64,000 nt of DNA from contig CAWJUQ010000001.1 in assembly GCA_963846055.1 (NCBI GenBank), positions 2,608 through 66,607 on the forward strand. Direction: 5' to 3'. The position numbers and the translations under genes are program-made. The DNA is from an uncultured Alphaproteobacteria bacterium (GTDB taxonomy: Bacteria > Pseudomonadota > Alphaproteobacteria > Rhizobiales > Xanthobacteraceae). This document shows, piece by piece, positions 1 through 8,527 of the stretch. How positions within the stretch are numbered: position 1 is the stretch's first letter; every line of letters starts with the position of its first letter. The notes below the pieces were generated by a model. The model was not told the DNA's origin. It saw only the letters and a program-made list of their open reading frames with translations, and did no database searches.

Positions 1-24
1 GCGGGCCGCGAAGCTGTCAGTCAT
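1..24 (-). CDS. 5' end (8 codons, MTDSFAAR) of a gene running off the left edge
   Basis: ATG at 24 preceded by AGGAG. It forms an ATGA start/stop overlap with the upstream isochorismatase-like gene. Too short to identify. Confidence 0.3.
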
Positions 25-726
25 CTCGCGCTCCTTTCGAGCTGCCGTCGCGCCGACCGCCCGAGCACGGCGTCGGTCGGGAGCACGACGGCGAAGTTGT
101 TGTTGAGCCGGCGAACGGCGTCGGCGTGCAGCGTCCGGCTGACGGTCGGCGCAGGCGTCCTCGACGAGCACGACACGGTAGTCGAGGTCGCAGGCGTCGC
201 GCACGGTGCTCTCGACGCAGCCGCTCGTGACGACGCCGGTCACGAGCAGGTTCTCGACCCGAGCTGGGCGAGCAGGCGCTCGATCGCGGTCGACCAGAAC
301 GGGCTCGCGGTCGTCTTGTCGAGCACGAAGTCGCCCGCGCAGCACCTCGAGCTCGGGCAGGATCGCCGCCTGCGGGTCCTCGCTGCCGACCGCGATCCCG
401 AAGTCACGAAAGCGCCGGCCGTTGTCGCGCGCGTCGGGGGTCAGCGAGCGGCAGCGGACGTAGATCACCGGCTCGGAGCGCGCGCGCAGCGCCGTCGCGA
501 GCCGGCGGACGTTCGGCGCGACGAGCTCGGCGACGCGCTCGAAATAGTCCGCGAGCTCGTGCCAGCGGCCCTGCTCGCGTGCCCGCTGCGCGTGCTCCCC
601 GTCGGCGGCGGCGTCGAGCACCTGAAGGTCGACGACGACGAGCGCGCTGCGCCCGCCGCGAGGTCGGCGGGCACGAGCCGCCCGATCAGCGCGCGGACGA
701 CCTCGTTTTCGGAACAACGTCACTCA
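21..726 (-). pseudogene. Isochorismatase-family (cysteine) hydrolase, reading frame broken several times
   Basis: Minus-strand translation gives SENEVVRALIGRLVPADLAAG, ALVVVDLQVLD, EPVIYVRCRSL, DFVLDKTTASPFWSTAIERLL and ENLLVTGVVTSGCVESTVRDACDLDYRVVLVEDA (family signature with catalytic Cys). These pieces are spread over at least 3 frames. The start is approximate. Confidence 0.6.
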
Positions 727-765
727 CGATGTCCTCCTCGTCGGTGGCGGTGGTATACACGACGC

Positions 766-1146
766 CTGCGCGTCACGAGCCTCGATCACCTCGTTCTGAC
801 GGTCGCCGACATCGAGCGCACGATCGCGTTCTACGAACGCGTGCTCGGCATGGAGGCGCAGTCCTACGAGGGCGGCCGACGGGCGCTGCGCTTCGGCTCG
901 CAGAAGCTCAACCTGCACCAGCTCGGCGCCGAGCCCGCGCCGCGCGCCGCGCGCGCCACGCCGGGCTCGGCGGACCTGTGCTTCCTGCTCGACGGACCGC
1001 TCGAGCGGGCGATCGCGCACCTCGACGCGGAGGGAGTGCCGGTCGAGCACGGCCCGCTCGTGCGCCCGGGCGCGCGCGGCCCGATGCGGTCGGTCTACTT
1101 CCGCGATCCCGACGGCAACCTGATCGAGGTCTCGCAACCGCTCTAG
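766..1146 (+). CDS. VOC / glyoxalase-bleomycin-resistance family protein
   Basis: The last ~125 aa of ORF 97..1146 read LDHLVLTVADIERTIAFYERVLGM...VYFRDPDGNLIEVSQPL. There is no canonical in-frame start near 766, and the ATG at 729 is in another frame, so the N-terminus is uncertain. Confidence 0.65.
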   Translation: MRVTSLDHLVLTVADIERTIAFYERVLGMEAQSYEGGRRALRFGSQKLNLHQLGAEPAPRAARATPGSADLCFLLDGPLERAIAHLDAEGVPVEHGPLVRPGARGPMRSVYFRDPDGNLIEVSQPL

Positions 1147-2140
1147 CGGCCCGTGACGGGACGGCCGGGCGCAGGCCGACCGAGCTCAGGCCCGATCGGG
1201 AACGAGTCGGAGTGCTCGTGCCACCACTCGGCGATCTGCAGCCGCGTCGCGAACCAGACGTCGCCCTTCTCGTGCGCGTACTCGAGGAAGTCGCGCAGGG
1301 CGCTGATGCGGCCCGCCTGCCCGATCAGCCGCGAGTGCAGGCCGAGGGACATCATCCGCGGGTGCGTCGCGCCCTCCTCCCACAGGTAGTCGAGGCCGCG
1401 GCGGCAGCAGGTCGAGGTAGTTGGACGGGTCCGAGAAGCCCTGCGGGAGCACGAACTTGGCGTCGTTGTAGGTGAAGCTGTAGGGCACGACCAGGTGGCG
1501 CTTGCCGGAGACCTCGACGTAGTACGGGCAGGTCGTCGTTGTAGACGTCGGAGTCGTAGACGAAGCCGCCCTCCTCGACGAGCAGCTCCCGCGTGTGGAC
1601 CGACGGGCCGTAGCGGCAGTACCAGCCGCGCGGGCGCTCGCCGCAGGTGCGCTCGATCGAGGCGATCGCCTCGTGCGATGTGCTCGCGCTCCTCGTCGCG
1701 GGAGAGCAGCCACGGCTCCTCCCAGCGCCAGCCGTGCGAGCACGGCTCGTGGCCGGCCTCGCGCACCCACTGCGCCGACCTCGGGCATTGCGCTCGCACG
1801 AGATCGCGCAGCCGAACATGGTGATCGGGATCTCGAACGAGTCGATCAGGCGCTGGACGCGCCAGACGCCGGCGCGGCTGCCGTACTCGTAGACCGACTC
1901 CGCCGCGAGGTCGCGGTACTGCGGGTCCATCGCGTAGGGGATCTCGGCGCAGCGCGGCCTCGCTGCGGCCGTCGCCGGCGACGTTCTTCTGGACCTCGGA
2001 GCCCTCCTCCCAGTTGAGCACGATGCTCACGGCCACGCGAGCGCCGTTCGGCCAGGTGACCTTCGGGCACGTGGCGCCCGTACCCGATCGAGATCGCGCT
2101 TCGGGCCCGGCCCGTCGATCTCGACGAACTTCACTGCCAT
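1143..2140 (-). pseudogene. Polysaccharide deacetylase family protein, PuuE-allantoinase-like, frameshifted
   Basis: Pieces lie in three frames: MAVKFVEIDGPG, WPNGARVAVSIVLNWEEGSE, ESVYEYGSRAGVWRVQRLIDSFEIPITMFG, EPCSHGWRWE, GWYCRYGPSVHTRELLVEEGGFVYDSDVYNDDLP, LVVPYSFTYNDAKF and HPRMMSLGLHSRLIGQAGRISALRDFLEY. Confidence 0.7.
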
Positions 2141-2226
2141 CGTCAGCCTGCCTTTCCTCGCTGGTCCGCCGGCGCTCCGCCGGTCGCTTCCGGATCGGCG
2201 CCGCCACGACCGTGCGCGGCGGCCGC

Positions 2227-3474
2227 TCACGTGCCGGGGCGGGCGCGGCGATCACGCCGTCGCGGGCGAGCGCGGCGATCTCGTCCTCGCCGTAGCCGAG
2301 CTCGTCGTGGAGGATCTCATGGTTGTGGGCGCCGAGATCCGGCGCCGCAGCTGCGGATCCGGCCGGGCGTGCCCGAGCAGCCGCGGGATCACGTTCTGCA
2401 TCTTGAGCGGCCCGAGCACCGGATGCTCGACGGTGGTGATCGTGTCGCGCGCGAGGAACTGAGGGTCCTCGAAGATGTCGGCGATCGAGAGCACCGGCGC
2501 GATCGCCGCCGACGACCTCCTCGAAGGCGCGGATCACCTCGTCGGCGTCGCGCTCGCGCGATCCAGGCGCCGATCGCCTCGTCGAGCTCGTCCTGGTGCG
2601 CGAGCCGGCCGGCGTGGTCGGCGAACCACGGCTCGTCGACGACCTCGGGGCGGCCGACCAGCCGCATCACGCGCTCGGCGATCGACTGCGAGCTGGCCGA
2701 CAGCCCGAGCCAGCGGCCGTCGCGCGCGCGGTAGGCGTTGCGCGGCGCGGTGAACGGCGCGCGGTTGCCGACGCGGTTCTGGACGATCGCCGAGCTGGTC
2801 GTAGACCGAGCTCTGCGGGCCGAGGATCCAGAACAGCGGCTCGTAGATCGAGAGGTCGATCACCTGGCCCTCGCCGCCGTGCTCGCGCCAGCACAGCGCC
2901 ATCATCGTCGCGAAGGCGCCGGTCATCGCCGGCGACGCCGTCGCCGAGCGCGAACGGCGGCAGCGTCGGCGGCCCGTCGGGGAAGCCGTTGATGTGGGCG
3001 TAGCCGGACATCGACTCGGCGAGCGTGCCGAAGCCGGGGCGGCGTCGCGTAGGGGCCGGTCTGGCCGAAGCCGGTCGTCCGCACCATGACGAGGCCCGGA
3101 TTGGCCGCGTGCAGCTCCTCCCAGGTGATGCCCCAGCGCTCGAGCGTGCCGGTGCGGAAGTTCTCGATGAAGACGTCGGCGGTCGCGAGCAGCCGCTTCA
3201 GCGCGCGCCGCGCCGGCCGGGTCCGACAGCTTCAGCGTCAGCGAGCGCTTGTTGCGGCCGATCAGCGCCCACCACAGCGAGACGCCGTCCTTCTCCCAGC
3301 CGAGCTTGCGCAGGTTGTCGCCGCGTCGGGTGCTCGACCTTGATCACGTCGGCGCCGTAGTCGCCGAGCATCGTCGCGATCACCGGGCCGGCGAACAGCG
3401 ACGCGGCGTCGACGACGCGCACGCCGCGCGAGCGGCAGCGGCCCGTGGCGCGGCGCCGGCCGTCCGGCGCTCAC
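2227..3474 (-). pseudogene. Family III CoA-transferase (CaiB/BaiF type), frameshifted
   Basis: Fragments [110 protein letters not shown] and IADIFEDPQFLARDTITTVEHPVLGPLKMQNV lie in at least 5 frame segments. The GTG start makes a GTGA overlap with the CitE-like stop. Confidence 0.7.
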
Positions 3475-4365
3475 CGGCCGGCTCCCCGGCGGTCGCCTCG
3501 AAGCTCTCCCAGCGGTCGAGCTTGCGGCGCGCGAGGTGGTAGATCGGGTAGTCGACGAAGCGCCCGTCGATCGCGGATCGACGCGACGCCGCGCGCACTC
3601 GGCCTCCTCGAAGGCCTCGACCAGGCGCCGCGTCGCCGCGACCTCCTCGTCGGTCGAGCTCGCAGAACGAGCGCTGCGATCGGCACGACCTGCGGCGGGT
3701 AGACGCAGACCTTGCCCTGGAAGCCGAGGCTGCGCGGCGCGGCGGCAGTCGTGCACGAGGCCGTCCTCGTCGGTGAGGTCGAGGTAGGGGCCGTCGATCG
3801 GCGGCACCATGCCGGCGGCGCGCGTGGCGACGACGACGCGCCCGCGCGCGTACGCGAGCTCGGCCTGGCCCGCGGTCAGCTCGACGCCGAGCGCGACCGA
3901 GAAGTCGCCGAGCCCGAAGATCGACGTCACGGTGCGCGGCGGCGCGCGCTCGAGGATCTCGTCGCAGCGGACGATCCCGCGCGGCGTCTCGACGATCGCG
4001 AGCACGCGCACGCGTGCCGGGCTCGAGCCGCTGCTCGCGCTCGGCGGCGCCGAGCAGCGCGTCGACCGCCTGCGAGCGTCTCGGCGTCCTCGATCTTCGG
4101 CACCAGCATCGCGTCGAGCTCCGGGCAGACGACGGCGGCGATGTCCTCCTCGAGCCGGCCGGTCTCGATGCCGTTGACGCGCACGGTCACGACCTGGCCG
4201 TCGCCGTAGGTCGGGATCGCCGCGCGCGTGGTCGCCCGCGCGGCGGTCTTCTCCTCGTCGGCGACCGCGTCCTCGAGGTCGATGACGATCAGCGTCGGCG
4301 CCGAAGGTGCCGACCTTCGCGAGCTTGCGCTCGTCGCTGCCCGGTACGAACAGCAGGGCGCGCAT
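3471..4365 (-). pseudogene. HpcH/HpaI aldolase / citrate-lyase beta (CitE)-like acyl-CoA lyase, frameshifted
   Basis: MRALLFVPGSDERKLAKV, TVRVNGIETGRLEEDIAAVV..MLVPKIEDAETL, LAIVETPRGIVRCDEIL, FGLGDFSVALG, AAGMVPPIDGPYLDLTDEDGL and IDGRFVDYPIYHLARRKL sit in different frames. Confidence 0.7.
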
Positions 4366-4500
4366 GAGCTGCGATTCCCAATCGATCACGGCGCCCGTCT
4401 CTCCCACGGCCTCGTTCGCGTTACAGGTACAGCGATACAATATAGGATCGAGGCCGGCGGAGCGCCCGGCGCCCGCGAGGCGGGAGCCGGCCGCGGCCGC

Positions 4501-4869
4501 TCAGCCCGGGGCCCGCGCGGGCTCGGCGGCCGCCGGCCCCGCGGCCCGCGGTGCGCGCTCGCCCGTGCGCACGCTGATCACGATCCGCGGTCCGAGGGCG
4601 AGGATCGCGGCGGCGGCGGCGACCAGGCCGCCGGCGACCGCCCAGGTGAGCGGCCACGAGTGCGCGCGATCGCGCACCACGCCGAGCAGCGGAGGGAGCG
4701 CGACCACGCCCAGGTAGAGGAAGATCAGGCCGCGCCCGGTGGCACGACCGAGCTTGGCGTCGCCCGCCCGGTCGGTGAGCAGCGCCATGTAGACGCCGTT
4801 CCAGCCGATCGAACAGAAGCCCACCAGCGCGACCACGACCCACAGGGCGGATCCCCGTGCCCCCGCGCT
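4501..4869 (-). pseudogene. C-terminal fragment (last ~2 TM helices) of an MFS-type transporter, truncated at the junction
   Basis: WVVVALVGFCSIGWNGVYMALLTDRAGDAKLGRATGRGLIFLYLGVVALPPLLG. GC-rich coding continues up to about 4869 and then stops abruptly at the composition break. Confidence 0.5.
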
Positions 4870-4917
4870 AGCAATACGTCGTATGCCCGTTGTCGTCCTT
4901 GATTCGTACGTATTGCT
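4870..4917. other. Probable ONT ligation-adapter remnant (read-to-read chimera scar); also a 10-bp inverted repeat
   Basis: 4871-4879 GCAATACGT equals the start of the Y-adapter bottom strand GCAATACGTAACTGAACGAAGT. 4908-4917 ACGTATTGCT equals the end of the top strand AATGTACTTCGTTCAGTTACGTATTGCT. The A at 4870 fits a dA-tail. 28 garbled nt lie between them, against 31 expected. Confidence 0.65.
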
Positions 4918-4944
4918 TTCCTGTATTATCAGGCGACATTCGGT

Positions 4945-5187
4945 TCACGCCGTGATGCATGTGCGCCGTGCCATCCGGACCAGAAGCGAGATTTCGCGTC
5001 GTCGAAGACGAATCGCCTCAGCCGTGTGGCGGCCGTGTTTGAAAGCATTTTTATTTCCCTTCGGCGCGCCCGTTGAGGTCCCGCCGTGCATGCGGCAACG
5101 GCCGTTCGGCATCGCGGGCGATCGGCACGGGATCCCTTTGCGCGTCCGGGCTAAGCGCCGTCGCGCCTGGTGCATAGGCAAGTCCAT
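4945..5187 (-). CDS. HGG-motif protein (CRxPAMPNGRCRMHGGxSTGAPKGNxNAxKHG) typical of alphaproteobacterial integrated elements
   Basis: ORF 4945..5247 contains PCRSPAMPNGRCRMHGGTSTGAPKGNKNAFKHGRHTAEAIRLRRR. The start is uncertain (Met at 5187 or 5175). It overlaps the upstream ORF by more than 100 nt. Confidence 0.5.
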   Translation of the reverse strand: MDLPMHQARRRLARTRKGIPCRSPAMPNGRCRMHGGTSTGAPKGNKNAFKHGRHTAEAIRLRRREISLLVRMARRTCITA

Positions 5188-5710
5188 GGGGTTGTTCCTT
5201 AACTTCGTTCGGTACCCCGCCCCCCTTGGTCTCAACATTGCCGACAATGGCTTGGCCGCCTTCGTGGACGTGGACGTGCTCTACCGTGACCTTTTGCTGT
5301 CCCTTGCCACGGTGCCGGTTGAGAGCCTCGAGAAGTGTTGCATACGTCCGCGAGAGCTTGTTTGCCTGGTTTAGATTCTCACGGCGGCCGTCGAATGTCT
5401 GCTCGCGTATCATGGCGCGCCGGTAGCATTCCATCGAAGCACTGTGACAGGCTATGAGCTGCGCTGCGATCATCCCTTCGAGTTCGTCTTGTGGCTTTAT
5501 TCCAATTAGACCGGAGAGCGCGGCAGTTTGCTGTTCTTTTTTGGTATCCTCATCGGAATTTTCGAAGACAAACAGCGTCCGAAATGTCTGATGTACGAGG
5601 ACACTGTTCCAGTCATCTGACTGCGATCCGCCAAAAGGTTTCAGCTGACCCTGGTGTTTCGATGGGTCAACGGCGGCCTTTGATTTTTCGTTCGGCTTTT
5701 TCACGGTCAT
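5051..5710 (-). CDS. Conserved hypothetical protein of integrated elements
   Basis: ORF with a Met at 5710 (MTVKKPNEK). Contains GGSQSDDWNSVLVHQ, DELEGMIAAQLIACHSASMECYRRA and QQKVTVEHVHVHEGGQAIVGNV, a pattern I recall from genes next to HGG-motif genes. Function unknown. Confidence 0.5.
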   Translation of the reverse strand: MTVKKPNEKSKAAVDPSKHQGQLKPFGGSQSDDWNSVLVHQTFRTLFVFENSDEDTKKEQQTAALSGLIGIKPQDELEGMIAAQLIACHSASMECYRRAMIREQTFDGRRENLNQANKLSRTYATLLEALNRHRGKGQQKVTVEHVHVHEGGQAIVGNVETKGGGVPNEVKEQPHGLAYAPGATALSPDAQRDPVPIARDAERPLPHARRDLNGRAEGK

Positions 5711-5732
5711 GCTGAGGTCAATCTGTTGCGCG

Positions 5733-5975
5733 TCACGAGGTGGCATTCAATGTGTGGTCAAGATGGGCATACAAAGCATCGCGAACGGCGCTCGAGTCGT
5801 TACGCGTTTCGGGTTTCAGCAATCCTCTGTGGATAAGCGCCTCAATTTCCGTTGCGCGTAACTCGATAGAGAGGCAACGCAGCCCATCGCGCCGTCGTTC
5901 GCGGTGGCGACGCATTCGTTCGGCCGCTGAAGATCCGCCGCTTTGTTTTTGATCTGCCGATTGGACTTCGGTCAT
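5733..5975 (-). CDS. Small basic protein, possible DNA-binding or regulatory protein of the element
   Basis: Met at 5975 with a purine-rich stretch upstream. Contains AAERMRRHRERRRDGLRCLSIELRATEIEALIHRGLL. The 14-nt overlap with the next ORF suggests an operon. Confidence 0.45.
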   Translation of the reverse strand: MTEVQSADQKQSGGSSAAERMRRHRERRRDGLRCLSIELRATEIEALIHRGLLKPETRNDSSAVRDALYAHLDHTLNATS

Positions 5976-6064
5976 CGCCCGCCCTTTCCCGCGAGCTTTC
6001 TCACTTGCTGCGCCATCGCGGCACCCTGCCGTTTTTTGTCGTTGCGCTAGCTGATGGCGGGGTC

Positions 6065-6736
6065 TCATCGAGCGGTGCCTCTTTTCACCCGCCCGCCTTT
6101 TTTGATCCCCGGAACCGGAATTTTTGGCGCACCGGGAAAGCTCGGGGCGTTTTTCTGAAGGGAGGCAAGCGTGGCCGCCGTTTGTGCCGACATATTCTTT
6201 CCGGCATTTTTAACGAGCGACGCGACGTAATTCGGTTTAGGTGGGTTGATGAAATCCTGCTGCGTGGGCGGATTGAAAATCGACGGTGCTACGCCGCCCG
6301 CGTCGAATTCCTCGATCCGCTTCGCCGACCGCGTGCATATACGCTGGCTTTGGGCCGAGCAACTCGTCTTGTATTCTGCCGAGAGGACCCTTCCGCTCCC
6401 TGTTCGCCGTTGCGAGTTCTCCTCCAGGATCATCAGCGCTTCTAGTCGATGCAGCGCTGCTGCCGGCGGGTCCACCGTTGTCGTAGCGCTTGGCCGACCG
6501 CCCGCCACGGCGGAATTTATCCAGACGATGCTTCGTACGGCCGCCTTCGGCGGGCATTTGATGCAAATCGCCTTTTGGTCTTGCCCGAGCCCGGCACCGT
6601 TTGCTCTTCGATTGCTTGGTAAATCTCAGAATGGCTGTCCTGGGATGACGTCCTTCGGCGCTGCTGTTGTAGCTTGTGGCGGTGTTTCACGGTTAAATCC
6701 TTTCGTGTTGTCGACTACGCAATATTGGTTGCTCAT
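6065..6736 (-). pseudogene. Hypothetical (phage-related?) coding region, frame unclear
   Basis: ATG at 6736 overlaps the VRR-NUC stop (ATGA), but the frame closes after 36 codons. Plausible coding text continues in two other frames (ORFs 6237..6566 and 6065..6508, e.g. IEEFDAGGVAPSIFNPPTQQDFINPP). Confidence 0.3.
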
Positions 6737-7239
6737 GCTGCGCGCCCTAGCAGGAGCTTCCAGGCTTCGAGGGTGTGCAGGGCCTGGTCCAAGCCATTAG
6801 CGATCGCCGCCTCACCGCCGGCAGCGCGAAACTCGGAGATGAATTGCATTTGGGCTGCGCTCGGGCGTCCCCGCTCGGTTTTCAGCTCGAGAGCGAACGC
6901 CTGGCCGTCGTGGAGCAGGATCAGGTCTGCCACACCGGCGCGAACGCCTAGACCGTTGAAGATCGCCGCTTCCACCGGGCTGCGCCGGCCACCGTTGGGC
7001 GTGTGCCACCAAACGAGACCGCTCGCACCGCGTTGGCGAAGGTGCTGGCACACGGCGCGTTGGACGGTTTGTTCAGAGCTGGCGGGCCGCATCAGTGATT
7101 GATAGCCAAGGCGAACGCCCCGAGTTCGACCTTTGAGACTCACCTGCTCGTTTTGGATAGCGCCCTCTAGGGTGGTAGCGGCCCTCCCCCGCAAACGCAC
7201 GGGCGGCCTTTTGTAGGGCATTGCGAATCCCTGCTTCAT
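6733..7239 (-). CDS. VRR-NUC domain nuclease
   Basis: SEQTVQRAVCQHLRQRGASGLVWWHTPNGG...GVRAGVADLILLHDGQAFALELKTERGRPSAAQ, which carries the PD-(D/E)xK motif (D..ELK). The Met is at 7239 or 7221. Confidence 0.65.
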   Translation of the reverse strand: MKQGFAMPYKRPPVRLRGRAATTLEGAIQNEQVSLKGRTRGVRLGYQSLMRPASSEQTVQRAVCQHLRQRGASGLVWWHTPNGGRRSPVEAAIFNGLGVRAGVADLILLHDGQAFALELKTERGRPSAAQMQFISEFRAAGGEAAIANGLDQALHTLEAWKLLLGRAA

Positions 7240-7555
7240 GCCGCCCTCGCTGCGCCGAGGTGTAGAACGAAGCTTAGACTCTGCGTCGGGGGGGCAGATG
7301 GAAGCGGGCACCCGGCACCAACAATGCCTCAATACCGCAGAAGACGGGCCATCGATCCTCAGCCGCGGACTACGCTCTCCGAAACAACCCCGCGCGCCAA
7401 TTGGGTGGTCGTCTGTCCGTGCCTCGCGCCCTTGTCGCCCGCGATCCGCGCGCTTGACGCCACCGATCTGCGTAGTGCTGCGCACCGCCTCCCCCATCGG
7501 CGCACACGCGATCACAATAAGCAGTTTCACGAAACAGTTCGTCTGCAACAGAACT

Positions 7556-7647
7556 TCTTCAAACCAAAAAGAGAAGGCACGACGCTTCTTTGCAAATCAT
7601 TTTTGTGAAACTTATTTCCACTTCGAATTTCTTTGTCTTCAAACCAA
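7556..7647. repeat. 12-bp direct repeat TCTTCAAACCAA (7556-7567 and 7636-7647) inside an AT-rich non-coding stretch
   Basis: Read directly. The same region also has related GTTTCACGAAAC, TTGTGAAAC and GTTCACGAGAC motifs. Confidence 0.5.
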
Positions 7648-7773
7648 GTTCACGAGACACAAAGCAAACGCATTATCGTCAGAAAAACGAACCGCATTGC
7701 CCGCGAGAAATCAGGAACTGCTTCGCGCACGAATCGTTAGCGCTGAATGCAGCAGATGCGAAGGAGAAGATTC

Positions 7774-8244
7774 ATGTCGGCAAGAACCACAGCTTTGGCC
7801 GCGACCGCCGTGCTATTGGCCAGCACAGCGTTCGCCGCCGCACAAGACGATGCCTACCAGAATGGGCGAGATCAATACTCGCGGAACATGCCTCAGAATT
7901 ATCGAGGCCAGGTCGCGCGAAATGGAATGCCCGACCGCGCGGCCCCGCGCGATTGGAATAATGGCGACGCTTATGTCAGGCGCGGTTGGGACAATGGCGA
8001 TGCCTACGCCGGGCGCGATTGGAACTATCGCGACGCCTACGCCGGAAATTACATCGACAATGGACAATACGGATGGGGCTTTCGCGGCACCGGCTACTAT
8101 GATTACGCGCCCGGTTACGCCGCCGTGCCCGGCGGATATTACGATCAGGCTTATTGGCGCGGCGTTTACAACGTAGCGCCGAGTTTCTCACCGGGCATGG
8201 ACCCTTACGCCGGCACGTACTTTTACGGCGTGGCGCCGTGGTGA
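7774..8244 (+). CDS. Secreted Tyr/Gly/Asp-rich repeat protein
   Basis: AAGGAGA 7 nt upstream of the ATG at 7774. Signal peptide MSARTTALAATAVLLASTAFAAAQD. Has three DWNNGDAY / GWDNGDAY / DWNYRDAY repeats. Confidence 0.6.
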   Translation: MSARTTALAATAVLLASTAFAAAQDDAYQNGRDQYSRNMPQNYRGQVARNGMPDRAAPRDWNNGDAYVRRGWDNGDAYAGRDWNYRDAYAGNYIDNGQYGWGFRGTGYYDYAPGYAAVPGGYYDQAYWRGVYNVAPSFSPGMDPYAGTYFYGVAPW

Positions 8245-8303
8245 GCTGCCCGAAGGGCGCGTTGTAAATTCAGCGTAGACCGAAGCGATAGGTCACGCGG
8301 CGA

Positions 8304-8340
8304 GAAGGGCGGCCTTAAGGCCGCCCTTCGTCGTTTGTCT
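8304..8340 (+). terminator. Rho-independent-like terminator
   Basis: GAAGGGCGGCC-TTAA-GGCCGCCCTTC, an 11-bp stem, followed by GTCGTTTGTCT. Confidence 0.6.
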
Positions 8341-8356
8341 GCGCATAATATGCGCA
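8340..8356. promoter_or_regulatory. Palindrome TGCGCATA-A-TATGCGCA, candidate operator
   Basis: Perfect 8-bp arms, about 170 nt upstream of the MBL-fold gene start. Confidence 0.25.
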
Positions 8357-8527
8357 TCGGCGGTCGATCACGGAAACTTCATAAAACGCCGGCTTACCGA
8401 TCGGCACTAGAAATTTTCATCGAGCGATTTAAGACGCTATTATTCGCCGAAGATTTTCTCGCCCCTAGCGAAACGTGAATTACGTCGCCGCATTCGCGGC
8501 ATGCGTTGACCAAACGGGAGACAATGA

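Noticed and set aside
579-1475. Long overlapping ORFs on opposite or alternative frames in GC-rich DNA. Examples: 579..1475, 11600..12505, 15723..16823, 17577..18932, 22212..23090, 32746..33594, 37156..38421 (outside the LbH gene), 47986..49131, 52387..53127, 55223..56239.
   Set aside because: Their translations are Arg/Ala/Pro/Gly-rich and low in complexity. They overlap genes with clear family signatures on the other strand or frame. These are typical shadow ORFs of high-GC genomes.
1-4869. High-GC block as a horizontally acquired genomic island in the alphaproteobacterial chromosome
   Set aside because: The boundary coincides with adapter-like sequence and a truncated gene. The GC difference is far beyond normal island amelioration, and the indel density differs on the two sides. 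A read or assembly chimera is the simpler explanation.
4849-4872. GGATCC (BamHI) and GCTAGC (NheI) sites next to the junction as a cloning-vector scar
   Set aside because: Both lie inside continuous MFS coding text, and such hexamers are expected by chance in GC-rich DNA. The ONT adapter match explains the junction better.
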